64,000 nucleotides of DNA from Candidatus Thorarchaeota archaeon (GTDB lineage Archaea > Asgardarchaeota > Thorarchaeia > Thorarchaeales > Thorarchaeaceae), in contig PRDH01000015.1 in NCBI GenBank assembly GCA_003345545.1, positions 1 through 64,000 of the forward strand. The letters are read 5' to 3'. Below, one piece after another: positions 1 through 9,485 of the stretch. Each line of letters opens with the position of its first letter. The stretch's first letter is position 1. Position numbers and translations under genes: made by a program. The notes under the pieces were generated by a model. That model did no database searches, was not told where the DNA came from, and was given only the letters and a program-made list of their open reading frames with translations.

Positions 1-506
1 TCGTCAGCAACGAGTATCTTCGGTTTGAGTGCCAGTGTCGATGCTATTGCAACCCGTTGCTGCTCCCCTCCTGACATCTCATGAGGATGCTTGTTTCGAA
101 GATGCTCAAGCTCCAAGAGATCGATTAGCTCCTCCACCCTGCGGCGTATCTCTGCTGGGTCTACACCGAGATTCTCAGGGCCAAATGCAATCTCTTTCTC
201 CACATTGAGAGTGACAAGTTGGTTCTCTGGTTGTTGAAAGACAAGTCCTGCAATTGTCGCCATTTCCGCAACAGTGTGGTCGCGGGTGTTCATTCCATTG
301 ACAATGACATTCCCAGCAATGTATCCGCGATGGAACTGTGGCACAAGTCCATTGATGGTTCTGCACAGTGTAGTCTTGCCACATCCACTGGGTCCAGTGA
401 TAACGATGTATTCACCCTCGTCAATAGTCAGATTGATCTTCTTGAGTGCAAGGAAGTCAGTCCCATAGTATTTGAAACTGAAGTCCTGAAACTCAATCAA
501 TGGCAT
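1..506 (-). CDS. ECF-type ABC transporter ATPase (EcfA/CbiO-like), runs off the window edge
   Basis: Not in the ORF track. Manual translation from ATG at 506 gives MPLIEFQDFSFKYYG...; near the window start it reads EMSGGEQQRVAIASTLALKPKILVAD (ABC signature plus Walker B). GGAG upstream. Confidence 0.85.
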   Translation of the reverse strand, partial: MPLIEFQDFSFKYYGTDFLALKKINLTIDEGEYIVITGPSGCGKTTLCRTINGLVPQFHRGYIAGNVIVNGMNTRDHTVAEMATIAGLVFQQPENQLVTLNVEKEIAFGPENLGVDPAEIRRRVEELIDLLELEHLRNKHPHEMSGGEQQRVAIASTLALKPKILVAD

Positions 507-519
507 TGACTATAATCTC

Positions 520-1521
520 CTAGGGTTCACTTGTGGGCTCATGCTCTCTCTCTATGATTGTTCTTATCAAATCTACAGACTTAACAATTGCCTCTTCAAG
601 ACCTTTCGTGCCGTTAGCCCCCGCTGCATTTTCATGACCGCCACCTTTTCCTCCGATGATATCCCCAAGAGGCTCCATCACATCCTTGCCAAGATTGACT
701 GACGTTGCTGTGGAGAATTCACGAGTACTTCGGGAGCTGACTCTCACCACACCCTTTGAGGGGCTGCCACCAACGATTGCCACATCGGCTCCCATCTCAA
801 TGAGAGATCTACACACGCTTGCCTCGAAGGCGCTAATTGTGGAAGTGGCAAGCACCCAGTCCCCAATCATGTGAATCTTGATTCTTCCTGCTGCCTTCAG
901 GCGAGCTATTCTCTCCGAACGGTCTGGACGCATCAGGAGAGCCTTGATGCATCGTTCATAGTCTGCACCGTATTCTATTAGTCTGATGGCGGTCTGAAGT
1001 GTTTTGGTGTCCGCGAAATAGAACCGCCTCGTATCGAAAAGGATTCCTGTGAGCAAGAGGTTGGCAGTTGCAGGGTCAATACGAATCATCTCTTCTTCAA
1101 AGATATCGACCATGATCTCGCAGGTCGACGAGCGATCGCTCTTCACCAGTCGATGTTCAGAGAGAGTTTCAACCTCGGGATTATACTCATGATGATCCAG
1201 TATTATGGTTCTGCTGGGGTCTTGTGGTACTTTCTGAAGCTTCGGGCCAAGCTGAAATGTGCTATTCGTATCGACCAGAATAACAAGATCGCCCACAACA
1301 TCCGATGTTTCGAGAATCGGTACATCAGAAGTGAAAGTGTCTATGACTTGATGAGACAAACGGCTCAAATCATCAGCTAGGAGAACGGGCGACCCTGCGG
1401 GATTGATTGCCCTGTACAGTGTGGAGAAAGCAATCATTGCGCAGACTGCATCCGGATCGGCATTCTGGTGCCCTAGAATTAGCGGTCTCACTGATTCTGA
1501 AAGGAGAGACCTCAGATTCAT
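520..1521 (-). CDS. DHH/DHHA1 family phosphoesterase (NrnA-like)
   Basis: Motifs GHQNADPDA, VDT, LDHH, GILFDT, GGGH. Start set at ATG 1521, an ATGA overlap with the upstream stop. Confidence 0.9.
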   Translation of the reverse strand: MNLRSLLSESVRPLILGHQNADPDAVCAMIAFSTLYRAINPAGSPVLLADDLSRLSHQVIDTFTSDVPILETSDVVGDLVILVDTNSTFQLGPKLQKVPQDPSRTIILDHHEYNPEVETLSEHRLVKSDRSSTCEIMVDIFEEEMIRIDPATANLLLTGILFDTRRFYFADTKTLQTAIRLIEYGADYERCIKALLMRPDRSERIARLKAAGRIKIHMIGDWVLATSTISAFEASVCRSLIEMGADVAIVGGSPSKGVVRVSSRSTREFSTATSVNLGKDVMEPLGDIIGGKGGGHENAAGANGTKGLEEAIVKSVDLIRTIIEREHEPTSEP

Positions 1522-1829
1522 TTTGCTTTCAGCCCCATCAGCTGTTTTTCTAGCCACTCTGCGCCCCAATCGATTGCTTCCTGAATTACATCCTGGAGCG
1601 AAATGCCAGTGTCGAAACCCTGACCGATCTCGATGTCGATATCAACATCTAGTTGACCGTCAAGCAGGCTTAGAGCGCAGCTGACGAATAGATCTTCGAT
1701 GCTCTTCCCAGGTACCCTCTTCAGAAGGAACCCAGTGACTTGGCGTTCACATTCCTCAGCCATCTGCTCAATTATTCCTTCAGAGATATCGGGAAGGCCG
1801 ATATCGATAATGTTAGTCATCTCTCTCAC
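1518..1829 (-). CDS. DUF3194-like small acidic archaeal protein
   Basis: ~100 aa acidic protein in the conserved slot between pfdB and DHH. Start may be ATG 1820. Confidence 0.65.
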   Translation of the reverse strand: MREMTNIIDIGLPDISEGIIEQMAEECERQVTGFLLKRVPGKSIEDLFVSCALSLLDGQLDVDIDIEIGQGFDTGISLQDVIQEAIDWGAEWLEKQLMGLKAK

Positions 1830-2188
1830 TGGAGTCGAAGATTCTGTTTGGAGAGTTCAAGTTGTATCTTGTTCTGGAGCTCTTGAAGCTTCCCGGTCAG
1901 ACTCTCGAGCTGCTTCTTCGTGGATGCAAGCCGCAGTTCCAGGGTCTTCTGTCTATCATCAAGTTCCGCAGCGAGTGAAGGTTTGTCTACTTTGAACATC
2001 ACTTGCCCTACCGCTTTGTAAGTCACAACGTCATCCGCCTGCTTATTCAACTCCTCAAGAGTACCCGTCACTTCAGTGAGTTCGGACTGAAGCGCTTGTG
2101 ACAATGTAGCAAGATTCTCATGGTTTCTGCGCATCGTATCGAACTTCTGAAGTTCCTGCTCTAGTGCTGGAGGTATATTCTGAGCCAT
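1826..2188 (-). CDS. pfdB: Prefoldin beta subunit
   Basis: Coiled coil - YKAVGQVMFK hairpin - coiled coil, 120 aa, superoperon context. Confidence 0.92.
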   Translation of the reverse strand: MAQNIPPALEQELQKFDTMRRNHENLATLSQALQSELTEVTGTLEELNKQADDVVTYKAVGQVMFKVDKPSLAAELDDRQKTLELRLASTKKQLESLTGKLQELQNKIQLELSKQNLRLQ

Positions 2189-2250
2189 TATCCTGTATCT
2201 CCCAAATCCGATAGTAGTGCCGTTCTAGATTGCGCGTTCGAACTGGTGAC

Positions 2251-2544
2251 TTAAGGCTTTGCATCAGTACTCCCGGAATCAATGTTCTCTAGTGTTCTCA
2301 TGCATGCAGAGATCCATGCGACATAGGAGTTCAAGGACGCACGCATCGCAGTCAGGTCATTAGCCTCAATTCTCACAACCAGAGAAGAGCCATTGACTGT
2401 GACTGTAGACGTAGCTCTGTCTGATGGAATCGACTCTGTTTCAGGTGCCAGGGCAGCACATAGAATCCTTGCTTTCTGCTCTGATTCAAGAGGTATTTCC
2501 AGTACGGACCTACTCTTGACATCACTACCAGTCACTTGATACAC
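2251..2544 (-). CDS. pcc1: KEOPS complex subunit Pcc1
   Basis: ALAPE...R...IEANDLTAMRASLNSY motif; context. Confidence 0.88.
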   Translation of the reverse strand: MYQVTGSDVKSRSVLEIPLESEQKARILCAALAPETESIPSDRATSTVTVNGSSLVVRIEANDLTAMRASLNSYVAWISACMRTLENIDSGSTDAKP

Positions 2545-3094
2545 TTCCTCTGAACGTAGAAACTAGAATTCTCGGCCCCGCCTCAAGCCCATTATGAGCA
2601 TCATAGTGAGTCCAAAGAATCTTTCCTGAGGCATCGTCTTCGAACCAGATGAAACTTTGGTTATCCTCTGTTAATGCTCCGATGGGATTGAGCCGCTCTG
2701 AGAGATTGAGGCTCAATAGCGATGCAATATCATTGGCCAGCTCTTTGGCTCTCTCGCTGCTCTCCGATTTGATGACAACGCTGTCGACCGTCGTAGTTCG
2801 GATTGAAGCCGCAGAAGAAACCTCGCGTCGAAGGCGAATGCGGTCAAATCTGATGCTGATGACCTCTTGACCAGCAGATGAGAGAACCGTCATCTCGCCA
2901 GGATTGCCCTTCCAAATAGAGATAATAATGGCTGCCTTAGCACCGTTTTGGTTTATCCGGGCAGTGAGTTCAGCGAGGCCCATTCCTCCACGATTGAACC
3001 GCTCGACCCTGGGTAGAACTGAACACAGATCACGAACAAAAGTCCGAACTCTATTTGATGTCTTCCGTGAAGTTGTAAGTAATAGACTCGGCAA
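2525..3094 (-). CDS. Brix/Imp4-domain ribosome biogenesis protein
   Basis: LLTTSRKTSNRVRTFVRDL...NRG...WKGNPG; context. Confidence 0.88.
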   Translation of the reverse strand: MPSLLLTTSRKTSNRVRTFVRDLCSVLPRVERFNRGGMGLAELTARINQNGAKAAIIISIWKGNPGEMTVLSSAGQEVISIRFDRIRLRREVSSAASIRTTTVDSVVIKSESSERAKELANDIASLLSLNLSERLNPIGALTEDNQSFIWFEDDASGKILWTHYDAHNGLEAGPRILVSTFRGSVSSDW

Positions 3095-3111
3095 CTGGAA
3101 TCGGCTCGAGA

Positions 3112-3516
3112 TTAGTCATCATTAGTGTCTTCGGACTCTGATGTTGAAACTGTTTCAGCATCAAGAATGACTTCGTCCTCTTCCTTTCCAACATTGGGTA
3201 GGAAATCAAGTACATCCTCAATGTTTTCGTTTTCGCGAAGTGCTAGAAAGTCACCTGCAACCCTCTGGGCGATTACTCTCCTTGAAGCCTTTCCTGGCTC
3301 AGTAAAGGGGACATAGGCACCACCTGCGAAAAGAAGATTGCACTTATTGCACTTCCAAAGCCCAACAGCCTCTCTCCTGAGTGCCTTTGTTGCACATGCC
3401 GGACACCGGACTGGTTCGCTCGCCTTATTCTCTATATCTAGGACTCGCTTTCGTAGCTTGGCGCCATATCGTGGTCCGAATCTTCCGGTGCTCCCGACCT
3501 TCTTGGTTCGTGCCAA
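3112..3516 (-). CDS. rpl37ae: 50S ribosomal protein L37Ae (eL43) with acidic C-terminal extension
   Basis: TKKVGSTGRFGPRYG, CPAC...WKCNKC zinc ribbon, FAGGAY. TTG start with AAGGAG upstream. Confidence 0.95.
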   Translation of the reverse strand: MARTKKVGSTGRFGPRYGAKLRKRVLDIENKASEPVRCPACATKALRREAVGLWKCNKCNLLFAGGAYVPFTEPGKASRRVIAQRVAGDFLALRENENIEDVLDFLPNVGKEEDEVILDAETVSTSESEDTNDD

Positions 3517-3660
3517 TTGTATGATCTCCTTATAGTATCGTATGTGGGCTACTTGAGGTGGCTACTGGAGCCAACCAATCGCCCGCATGAATCGCTTATT
3601 AGCATATCTGTCTGTAGGCAGAGAGAGGGCTCAAAGAGTGACCTAGAGTCCTCCACGAGC

Positions 3661-4488
3661 CTATTTGACTGCTTTCACAGACTCGTCGATCTTCCTGCGA
3701 ATGTCCTTCCCTGCAACCAGAGCCATGTCCATTGCCTGCTCGATGAGACTCAACGACATTGCACCTGTTCCTCCGCCTTTCTGGAGAGCAGTGAAGTTGT
3801 TCTTCTCATCGATGGCCATGGTAAGCCTGCAATCCTGAACGAATTCCTCCTTAAGAGTGGGGTCCAGAATCAGATGTTTGCCAATCTTGACGATTGTATG
3901 CTCTACTGCAATATTGGCAACAGGGAGTGAAAGTATCTTACCTGTAGCGACAAGCTCCTTCTCTTCAACCTTCATTTCAGGAAACTTCGTTGTCAGCAAG
4001 GCAACATTCACTGCAATCGATGATGCGTCGATGAGGTTACCATCATATTCAAGCGGATAAACATCTGCGAATACCATGTACACCTTCTTGCCCTCTAGAA
4101 TGCAGAGCTTCTTCGCATCCACCATCTCCGACTCACGTACACCTCTGTCAACAATTCTGGCAAGTTCAATTGCATCCTCTTTGGGGGGACCCAGCTCGAA
4201 TAAGGGTGATGCAATTGGAGACATTTCAGCAGTCACCATTATGACACCCTCATCGGGAGCATCAGAATAGGGCTCACCTACGAGGACCTTGACACCTGCA
4301 ACAACACTTGTGTCACCGAGTCGTACAAGAGCCGAACCTTCTGCCTTAGCAGGTACGACATTCGCTTCGACCTGAATATCACGATATTGATCGAAGGCAC
4401 GGCCGTCGAGTCTCTCTCCCTTTCCGAGAAGTTCAGCTATAAACTCGCGGTCAATGTGACTGATTGTTTGTGATGAAAAATCACTCAT
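3661..4488 (-). CDS. rrp42: Exosome core subunit Rrp42
   Basis: RLDGR, AEGSALVRLGDT, ELARIVDRGVRES, DGNLIDA. Start at ATG 4488 (or 4497), directly after the rrp41 stop. Confidence 0.95.
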   Translation of the reverse strand: MSDFSSQTISHIDREFIAELLGKGERLDGRAFDQYRDIQVEANVVPAKAEGSALVRLGDTSVVAGVKVLVGEPYSDAPDEGVIMVTAEMSPIASPLFELGPPKEDAIELARIVDRGVRESEMVDAKKLCILEGKKVYMVFADVYPLEYDGNLIDASSIAVNVALLTTKFPEMKVEEKELVATGKILSLPVANIAVEHTIVKIGKHLILDPTLKEEFVQDCRLTMAIDEKNNFTALQKGGGTGAMSLSLIEQAMDMALVAGKDIRRKIDESVKAVK

Positions 4489-4489
4489 T

Positions 4490-5305
4490 TCACTCATCCT
4501 CCTCTGGCATGTCAGCCTCACCCAAGTCCGTTTCGAGGTCGTCCTCGAACTCATCTTCTTCAACAGGCTCGCCGTCGGGAGTCTTCCGGACATATGCTCT
4601 CTTCAGAGCATCCTTCTGAAGTTCGTGCAGGTACTTGCAGGAGCCGATACCCATCTGAATCGCTTCCAGAAGTTCGTCACGCGTGAAGAAACCGTCCTGT
4701 TGGAGGAGGGTGATTTCGTCAGTCGGGGGTAGAATCGCAATCGGAACATCGCCCTGACCGTATTTGTCTTCCTCATCGCCAAGATCTACAATGATTACAC
4801 CGTCAGCCTTGCCAACAGCTACAGCCGGAACTAGACTCCTCATTGGGATTCCTGCGTCTGCAAGCGCCAATGATGCGGCGTTAATTGATGCACAGCGTGT
4901 ACCTCCATCAGCCTGAATGACTTGTATGAACACATCAATCACTGCACGCGGAAATTCCTCTAAGAAGAGTGCAGGACTCAACGCATTGGCAATTACCATT
5001 GAGATTTCCTTTTCCCTTCGGGAGGGAGCAGGCTTCTTTCTGTCAGGAACTGAGAAAGTGGCCATCCTGTAGACTACTCTAAGGTATGCCTTATCGTTCA
5101 GTGCAAGGTGCCTCGGATGTAATTCCCTAGGTCCGTAGACTCCTGCAATGATGTATGTTTTACCCTGTCGGATTGATGCAGAACCATCGGCTTGCTTCAA
5201 AACACCAACTTTCAGCTCAACTGGTCGCAATTCATCAGGTCGTCGACCATCGACCCTTAAACCCTCAGGACTAATCAGGTAGTCGGGTTTTGTTTCTGGA
5301 CTCAT
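4490..5305 (-). CDS. rrp41: Exosome phosphorolytic subunit Rrp41 with acidic tail
   Basis: RVDGRRPDELRP, ADGSA, VYGPRE, ADGGTR phosphate site, DLGDEED. Confidence 0.96.
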   Translation of the reverse strand: MSPETKPDYLISPEGLRVDGRRPDELRPVELKVGVLKQADGSASIRQGKTYIIAGVYGPRELHPRHLALNDKAYLRVVYRMATFSVPDRKKPAPSRREKEISMVIANALSPALFLEEFPRAVIDVFIQVIQADGGTRCASINAASLALADAGIPMRSLVPAVAVGKADGVIIVDLGDEEDKYGQGDVPIAILPPTDEITLLQQDGFFTRDELLEAIQMGIGSCKYLHELQKDALKRAYVRKTPDGEPVEEDEFEDDLETDLGEADMPEEDE

Positions 5306-6225
5306 TACTTTTTCACATCCTCATTTTCAACTGTATCGTCTGATTCATCTTCAGCATCATCTGAAGCTGTAGTTTCTGATTCCTCGTCAAGGTAGTCCTC
5401 CATATCGGATTCCAGATCTCGGTCATTCTCTACAGCTTCAATAGTTTCATCACCTACATCAGCAGACTGTTCGACTTCGGCGACCTCATCCTCAGCTTGT
5501 TTCTCGGTCTTCTTTCCAGCCTTCTTGGAAGGAGCAGCAGGACGTAGCTGTGCCACCTCTTCGGCAAGCATCGTATTGATCCTTTCAGTCAGGTTGGATG
5601 TATGTGCCTGAGTTTCAATGGTCTTGATGGCTTTGATTGTCAAGCGCAGTGACGCAATATCTGGCGCTTTTATCCAGATGCGTCCATTTTGACCAACGAC
5701 TGTTTGTATCCTCAGGTGATCTGTAATCATGTTGATCATTGACCCTCTTCTGCCAATGATTCGGGGTATCTTTGCTGGACTAACATCAAGGAGCATTCCT
5801 TTCTCTAAGACTCGCAGGCCTCTTCCCTTCATTGAGAGAAATGGACCAATCTGTCTGTCAAAAGCAAGCACTTCAGCGGATATGACATCACCAATATCCA
5901 TGTACTCAGAAATATCATCAGAGTAGGGACGTCTCAGCGCGTTATTTGCATGCAAAGATGCTCCATAAGGACCACCGATATCCACTTTCCAGTTATTTCC
6001 CGCAACTGTTGTGATGATGCCAACAACCAGATCGCCTTCCTTTGGGATGTAGGCACCCTCCAGCGCAACAACCTTTACAGTGTTGCCTCTAAGCTCAGCT
6101 AATCCAACAAGTGTGGAGTAGATCTTGCCATTCTCATCATACGTGCCATAGGACGGTCTGTATCTGCCTTCTGCAAGCAGCTGCCCAGGCACGACAACTT
6201 CACGTTTTTGAAAGTATATTGCCAA
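5305..6225 (-). CDS. rrp4: Exosome RNA-binding cap protein Rrp4 (S1+KH) with long acidic tail
   Basis: VVPGQLL, YIPKEGDLVVG (S1), PRIIGRRGSM (KH GxxG), VGQNGRIW. Confidence 0.95.
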   Translation of the reverse strand: MAIYFQKREVVVPGQLLAEGRYRPSYGTYDENGKIYSTLVGLAELRGNTVKVVALEGAYIPKEGDLVVGIITTVAGNNWKVDIGGPYGASLHANNALRRPYSDDISEYMDIGDVISAEVLAFDRQIGPFLSMKGRGLRVLEKGMLLDVSPAKIPRIIGRRGSMINMITDHLRIQTVVGQNGRIWIKAPDIASLRLTIKAIKTIETQAHTSNLTERINTMLAEEVAQLRPAAPSKKAGKKTEKQAEDEVAEVEQSADVGDETIEAVENDRDLESDMEDYLDEESETTASDDAEDESDDTVENEDVKK

Positions 6226-6283
6226 TTATTCGTTCCCTCTGTAATCTAGTTTCAATCTTAATTATTCCTCTAACGGGATTCTG

Positions 6284-7009
6284 TTATCTAACGACTTCAA
6301 TACGAATCTGACCCTTTGTCAGCCTGTTCAGCTCGTCATAGAGCTCTTGTCTCTTCTGGGCAGGAAGCTCAACCAGGCCGGTCCATGAGCCATCGAGATT
6401 CCACGACTCTGACTTGATAACGGCTGCATTCGAGACCAAGTTGTATCCCTTTCCAGAGTGTGCTGCAGGTATAGTGATTTGCAGTTTGACACTCTCAAAG
6501 GATATTGGAATGATGACTCTCAGAGCCTTGACCACGTTGGGAATCTGTTCATCAACGCTGATGAAAGGGTCGACCTGCACTTTTGCCTCCTCAAGAGCCT
6601 GACGAATTCTGTCAGGTGGATGAGGATGGCCCGTCTGAGGGTTCATCGCACGTTTTGCGATGTGATCAATGATGGTGTCTGTCTTCTCATGCACAAGCTG
6701 AACTCGCTGTTCGTGAGTGAGCTTGAACTCACCCTGCTTGATAATCTGGGGAGCAATATCAAAGATCTCAGAGGTCCCAAATGCATCCTCGAAAAGGTTC
6801 TCTGAGGCATGGTCACCTCTCCTCGCATCTTCGTATACAATATAGGATTTGAGTATGTCCTCAAGTGGGATCTCTTCTCCTCGTCTGTACTTGAAGGCAA
6901 GATCAGGGTCAACAAACAGTTCAAACCGATTGGGCCCCTTCTTAAGACTGACAACAACAGCATCGAGATCAAGCCAAGTTTCGCCAATTCTCCTATCTCC
7001 GCCGCTCAT
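6284..7009 (-). CDS. Ribosome maturation factor SBDS/Sdo1
   Basis: RFELFVDP, FGT, NPQTGHPHPPDRIRQALEEA; context between psmA and rrp4. Confidence 0.95.
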   Translation of the reverse strand: MSGGDRRIGETWLDLDAVVVSLKKGPNRFELFVDPDLAFKYRRGEEIPLEDILKSYIVYEDARRGDHASENLFEDAFGTSEIFDIAPQIIKQGEFKLTHEQRVQLVHEKTDTIIDHIAKRAMNPQTGHPHPPDRIRQALEEAKVQVDPFISVDEQIPNVVKALRVIIPISFESVKLQITIPAAHSGKGYNLVSNAAVIKSESWNLDGSWTGLVELPAQKRQELYDELNRLTKGQIRIEVVR

Positions 7010-7026
7010 CAATTTGCAGTCAACTC

Positions 7027-7761
7027 CTATTGCTTCTTCCCAGGCTTGGGAGGATTCAGAAACGTTTCAATCTCAGCACGAGAGAGCTTCTCAAACTTGC
7101 GTGTTGCCAGTGGTATCTTGGCAATCTCAACATTATCAGCGGAGAGATCGCGCTCAGTTGCTTCGCGAAGAGCACCAAGAGCCAGTTTGATTGCATCAGA
7201 CAGCGATTTCTCTCTTGAGTAATTCTTCTCAAGGAATTCACCCGCTCTTGTCGTACCTTTGCCAATCACTGCAGCCAAAAAGCCCCAGTATGTGCCAACA
7301 GGGTCAGTCACAAAGAGTCTTGGTGCATTGTCAAAGTCAATAGATCCTATTATCATCGCTACACCATAGGGTCGGGCGCCGCCGCCTTGAGTGAACTCTG
7401 CCTTCTTGTTGCATATGTGTTCAGCAATGACCTCTGCAGGAACAGGTTCTTCGTAGGTGAGCCAGTACGATTGTGCCTTGATTCTGGCCTCATATAAAAG
7501 CCTGCGCGCATCGGCCATCAGACCCGATGTGGCCGTGCCAATATGGTCATCTATTTTTGCTATCTTCTCAACACTGTCGGGCTCCTGAAGAGGTTCGATT
7601 CTCTTCTCTGTGACAAGAATGACTCCCTCGTTTACAAGGACCCCAATTGATGTTGCCCCCTGTTCTACTGCCTTCTTCGCGTATTCGGCAGCGAATATTC
7701 TCCCATCAGGACTAAAGATGCTGGTACTCATATCATAACCAGCACCAGAGATTCCAAACAC
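7027..7761 (-). CDS. psmA: Proteasome alpha subunit
   Basis: GYDMSTSIFSPDGR, SGLMADAR, RPYGV, TDPVG. Start re-set to GTG 7761 behind a GGAGG RBS. Confidence 0.95.
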   Translation of the reverse strand: MFGISGAGYDMSTSIFSPDGRIFAAEYAKKAVEQGATSIGVLVNEGVILVTEKRIEPLQEPDSVEKIAKIDDHIGTATSGLMADARRLLYEARIKAQSYWLTYEEPVPAEVIAEHICNKKAEFTQGGGARPYGVAMIIGSIDFDNAPRLFVTDPVGTYWGFLAAVIGKGTTRAGEFLEKNYSREKSLSDAIKLALGALREATERDLSADNVEIAKIPLATRKFEKLSRAEIETFLNPPKPGKKQ

Positions 7762-7981
7762 AATGTATTCCTCCAAGTAGTCATTAGAACTCGCCGGAAG
7801 CCAGAACCCACAAGTGGGCATCGCCTGACAGTTCCAGGGATAGTAAAGACTCCTATGCAGTCAGCCCTGAGGTATTCTACCGCTTGGGCTCAAAGGCAAT
7901 TCTCCGACCTAGCCACATAAAGCTTCTGGTCTATCAGCTTAGCTACATTTGTTCTCTTCTTGCTGACTGATATTGATGATA

Positions 7982-8380
7982 TCACTGTTGGAGCCAATAG
8001 AGATACACGACGAATCCGAGAGAGAATATTGCTGTTGTACCACCCACCGCGGATCCAAACATGAGCCAAGCCATTGCTGCGACTGTGATGAAGACTAGTA
8101 TCACTTCGAACCAGCCGGCCCTCACTCCAGATATGAAATGCTTTAGGGTAATCACAGTGACCGAGAGGAAAATGAATATTCCAACCATCGTGAGTGACTC
8201 AAGCAGGACAGTGACATATAGATTCATTTCACTGAGTATACCAATCGGGCTGGTTTCAATGATGTCAGGCGAGGACCATGCCCAAAATGTAAGTCCTAGT
8301 ATCAAGAATACAACTGTGAATACCAAAGTAATCACTGTAGAGCGTATCACTTCGCCTCTTTCTGGAGTATCATCGCTCAC
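7982..8380 (-). CDS. Hypothetical membrane protein (about 4 TM)
   Basis: Four hydrophobic segments; GGAGTG upstream. Confidence 0.7.
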   Translation of the reverse strand: MSDDTPERGEVIRSTVITLVFTVVFLILGLTFWAWSSPDIIETSPIGILSEMNLYVTVLLESLTMVGIFIFLSVTVITLKHFISGVRAGWFEVILVFITVAAMAWLMFGSAVGGTTAIFSLGFVVYLYWLQQ

Positions 8381-8528
8381 TGTTGTTCACTCCGACCTTG
8401 AAAAGCGAGGGTTAATGTTTCACTCTTAAAGATAGCGACAGACTCAATGTCGTCCGGTCTGATTCTCATCCAGAAATCGGCCTTTGTCTTCATTTTGGCT
8501 TGAAGATAATGGGATAGATGATGCAATT

Positions 8529-9485
8529 CTATATAACATGGGAGGACCCATCATTGTGCGTATGCACATCGGAAACCGACTGATTGAGCGGCTCAGTGAC
8601 ATCCTTTGGTCGAGAATCAACCTCTGGAAGTTCTGTTCTCACCCGGTCTCTCACTCGTTTTATTTGGAGAGCAAGAACATAGGAGAGACCTGCCAATATA
8701 CCAGCTATGGCGCTGGGGGAAACATAGACAGCGAATGAAGCCGTTATCCCAACGAGCTCAGCAATAAGGGCAATCATGAACACTGAGAAAATCACCCCTC
8801 TGACTGATTTTACAAGCTCATTGGATGCCGCTGCAGGAGCAACCAGTATAGCATAGACAAGAATCGCACCTACTGCCTTGGTAGCAAGTGCGATGGCTAG
8901 AGCTGAAACGATAAGCATGAGATAGTGATAACCGCGAGCATTCATACCATGAGCGACGGACCCTTCCATATCCACGCTGACATAGACGAATTCCTTGTTG
9001 AACATTAGAGTGATTATTCCAAGGAGAAAAGCTGTGCTTGTCAGCATGATGATATCAAAGTTGTTTAGAAGGAGGATATCACCTACCAGGTATCCCCATA
9101 TTTGAGGTACTCTGTATGGAGGTATGTAGTACATCAAGAAGACGGCAAGACTCATCGAGAGGGCAAAGGATACACCGACTGCAACCTCCATCTTCTGTGT
9201 GATGCCAGATTCTCCGGCATATCCTGTGAAAATGGATACAAGGACACTGAACAGGAGCGCCCCAAGAACAGGGTCAAACCAAGGAACAAGTCCGGATTCC
9301 TGAAGGAATATTCCGAGTGCAGTTCCTCCAAGTGCAGCATGAGCTACTCCAGAAGCCATGAAAGAGAGACCTCTGAAAACCAAGAAAGTACCACTTGCCG
9401 CAGCTATGACAGCAACGAGGATAGCTGCAAGCAATGCTCGCTGAAGAAAGGGACTAGTCATGATGACCTGAATTATATCAATCAT
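8529..9485 (-). CDS. ZnuB/TroCD-family metal ABC permease
   Basis: GTFLVFRGLSFMASGVAHAALGG, YLVGDIL, VGAILV...AP. C-terminus contains VHTHNDGSSH. Confidence 0.92.
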   Translation of the reverse strand: MIDIIQVIMTSPFLQRALLAAILVAVIAAASGTFLVFRGLSFMASGVAHAALGGTALGIFLQESGLVPWFDPVLGALLFSVLVSIFTGYAGESGITQKMEVAVGVSFALSMSLAVFLMYYIPPYRVPQIWGYLVGDILLLNNFDIIMLTSTAFLLGIITLMFNKEFVYVSVDMEGSVAHGMNARGYHYLMLIVSALAIALATKAVGAILVYAILVAPAAASNELVKSVRGVIFSVFMIALIAELVGITASFAVYVSPSAIAGILAGLSYVLALQIKRVRDRVRTELPEVDSRPKDVTEPLNQSVSDVHTHNDGSSHVI

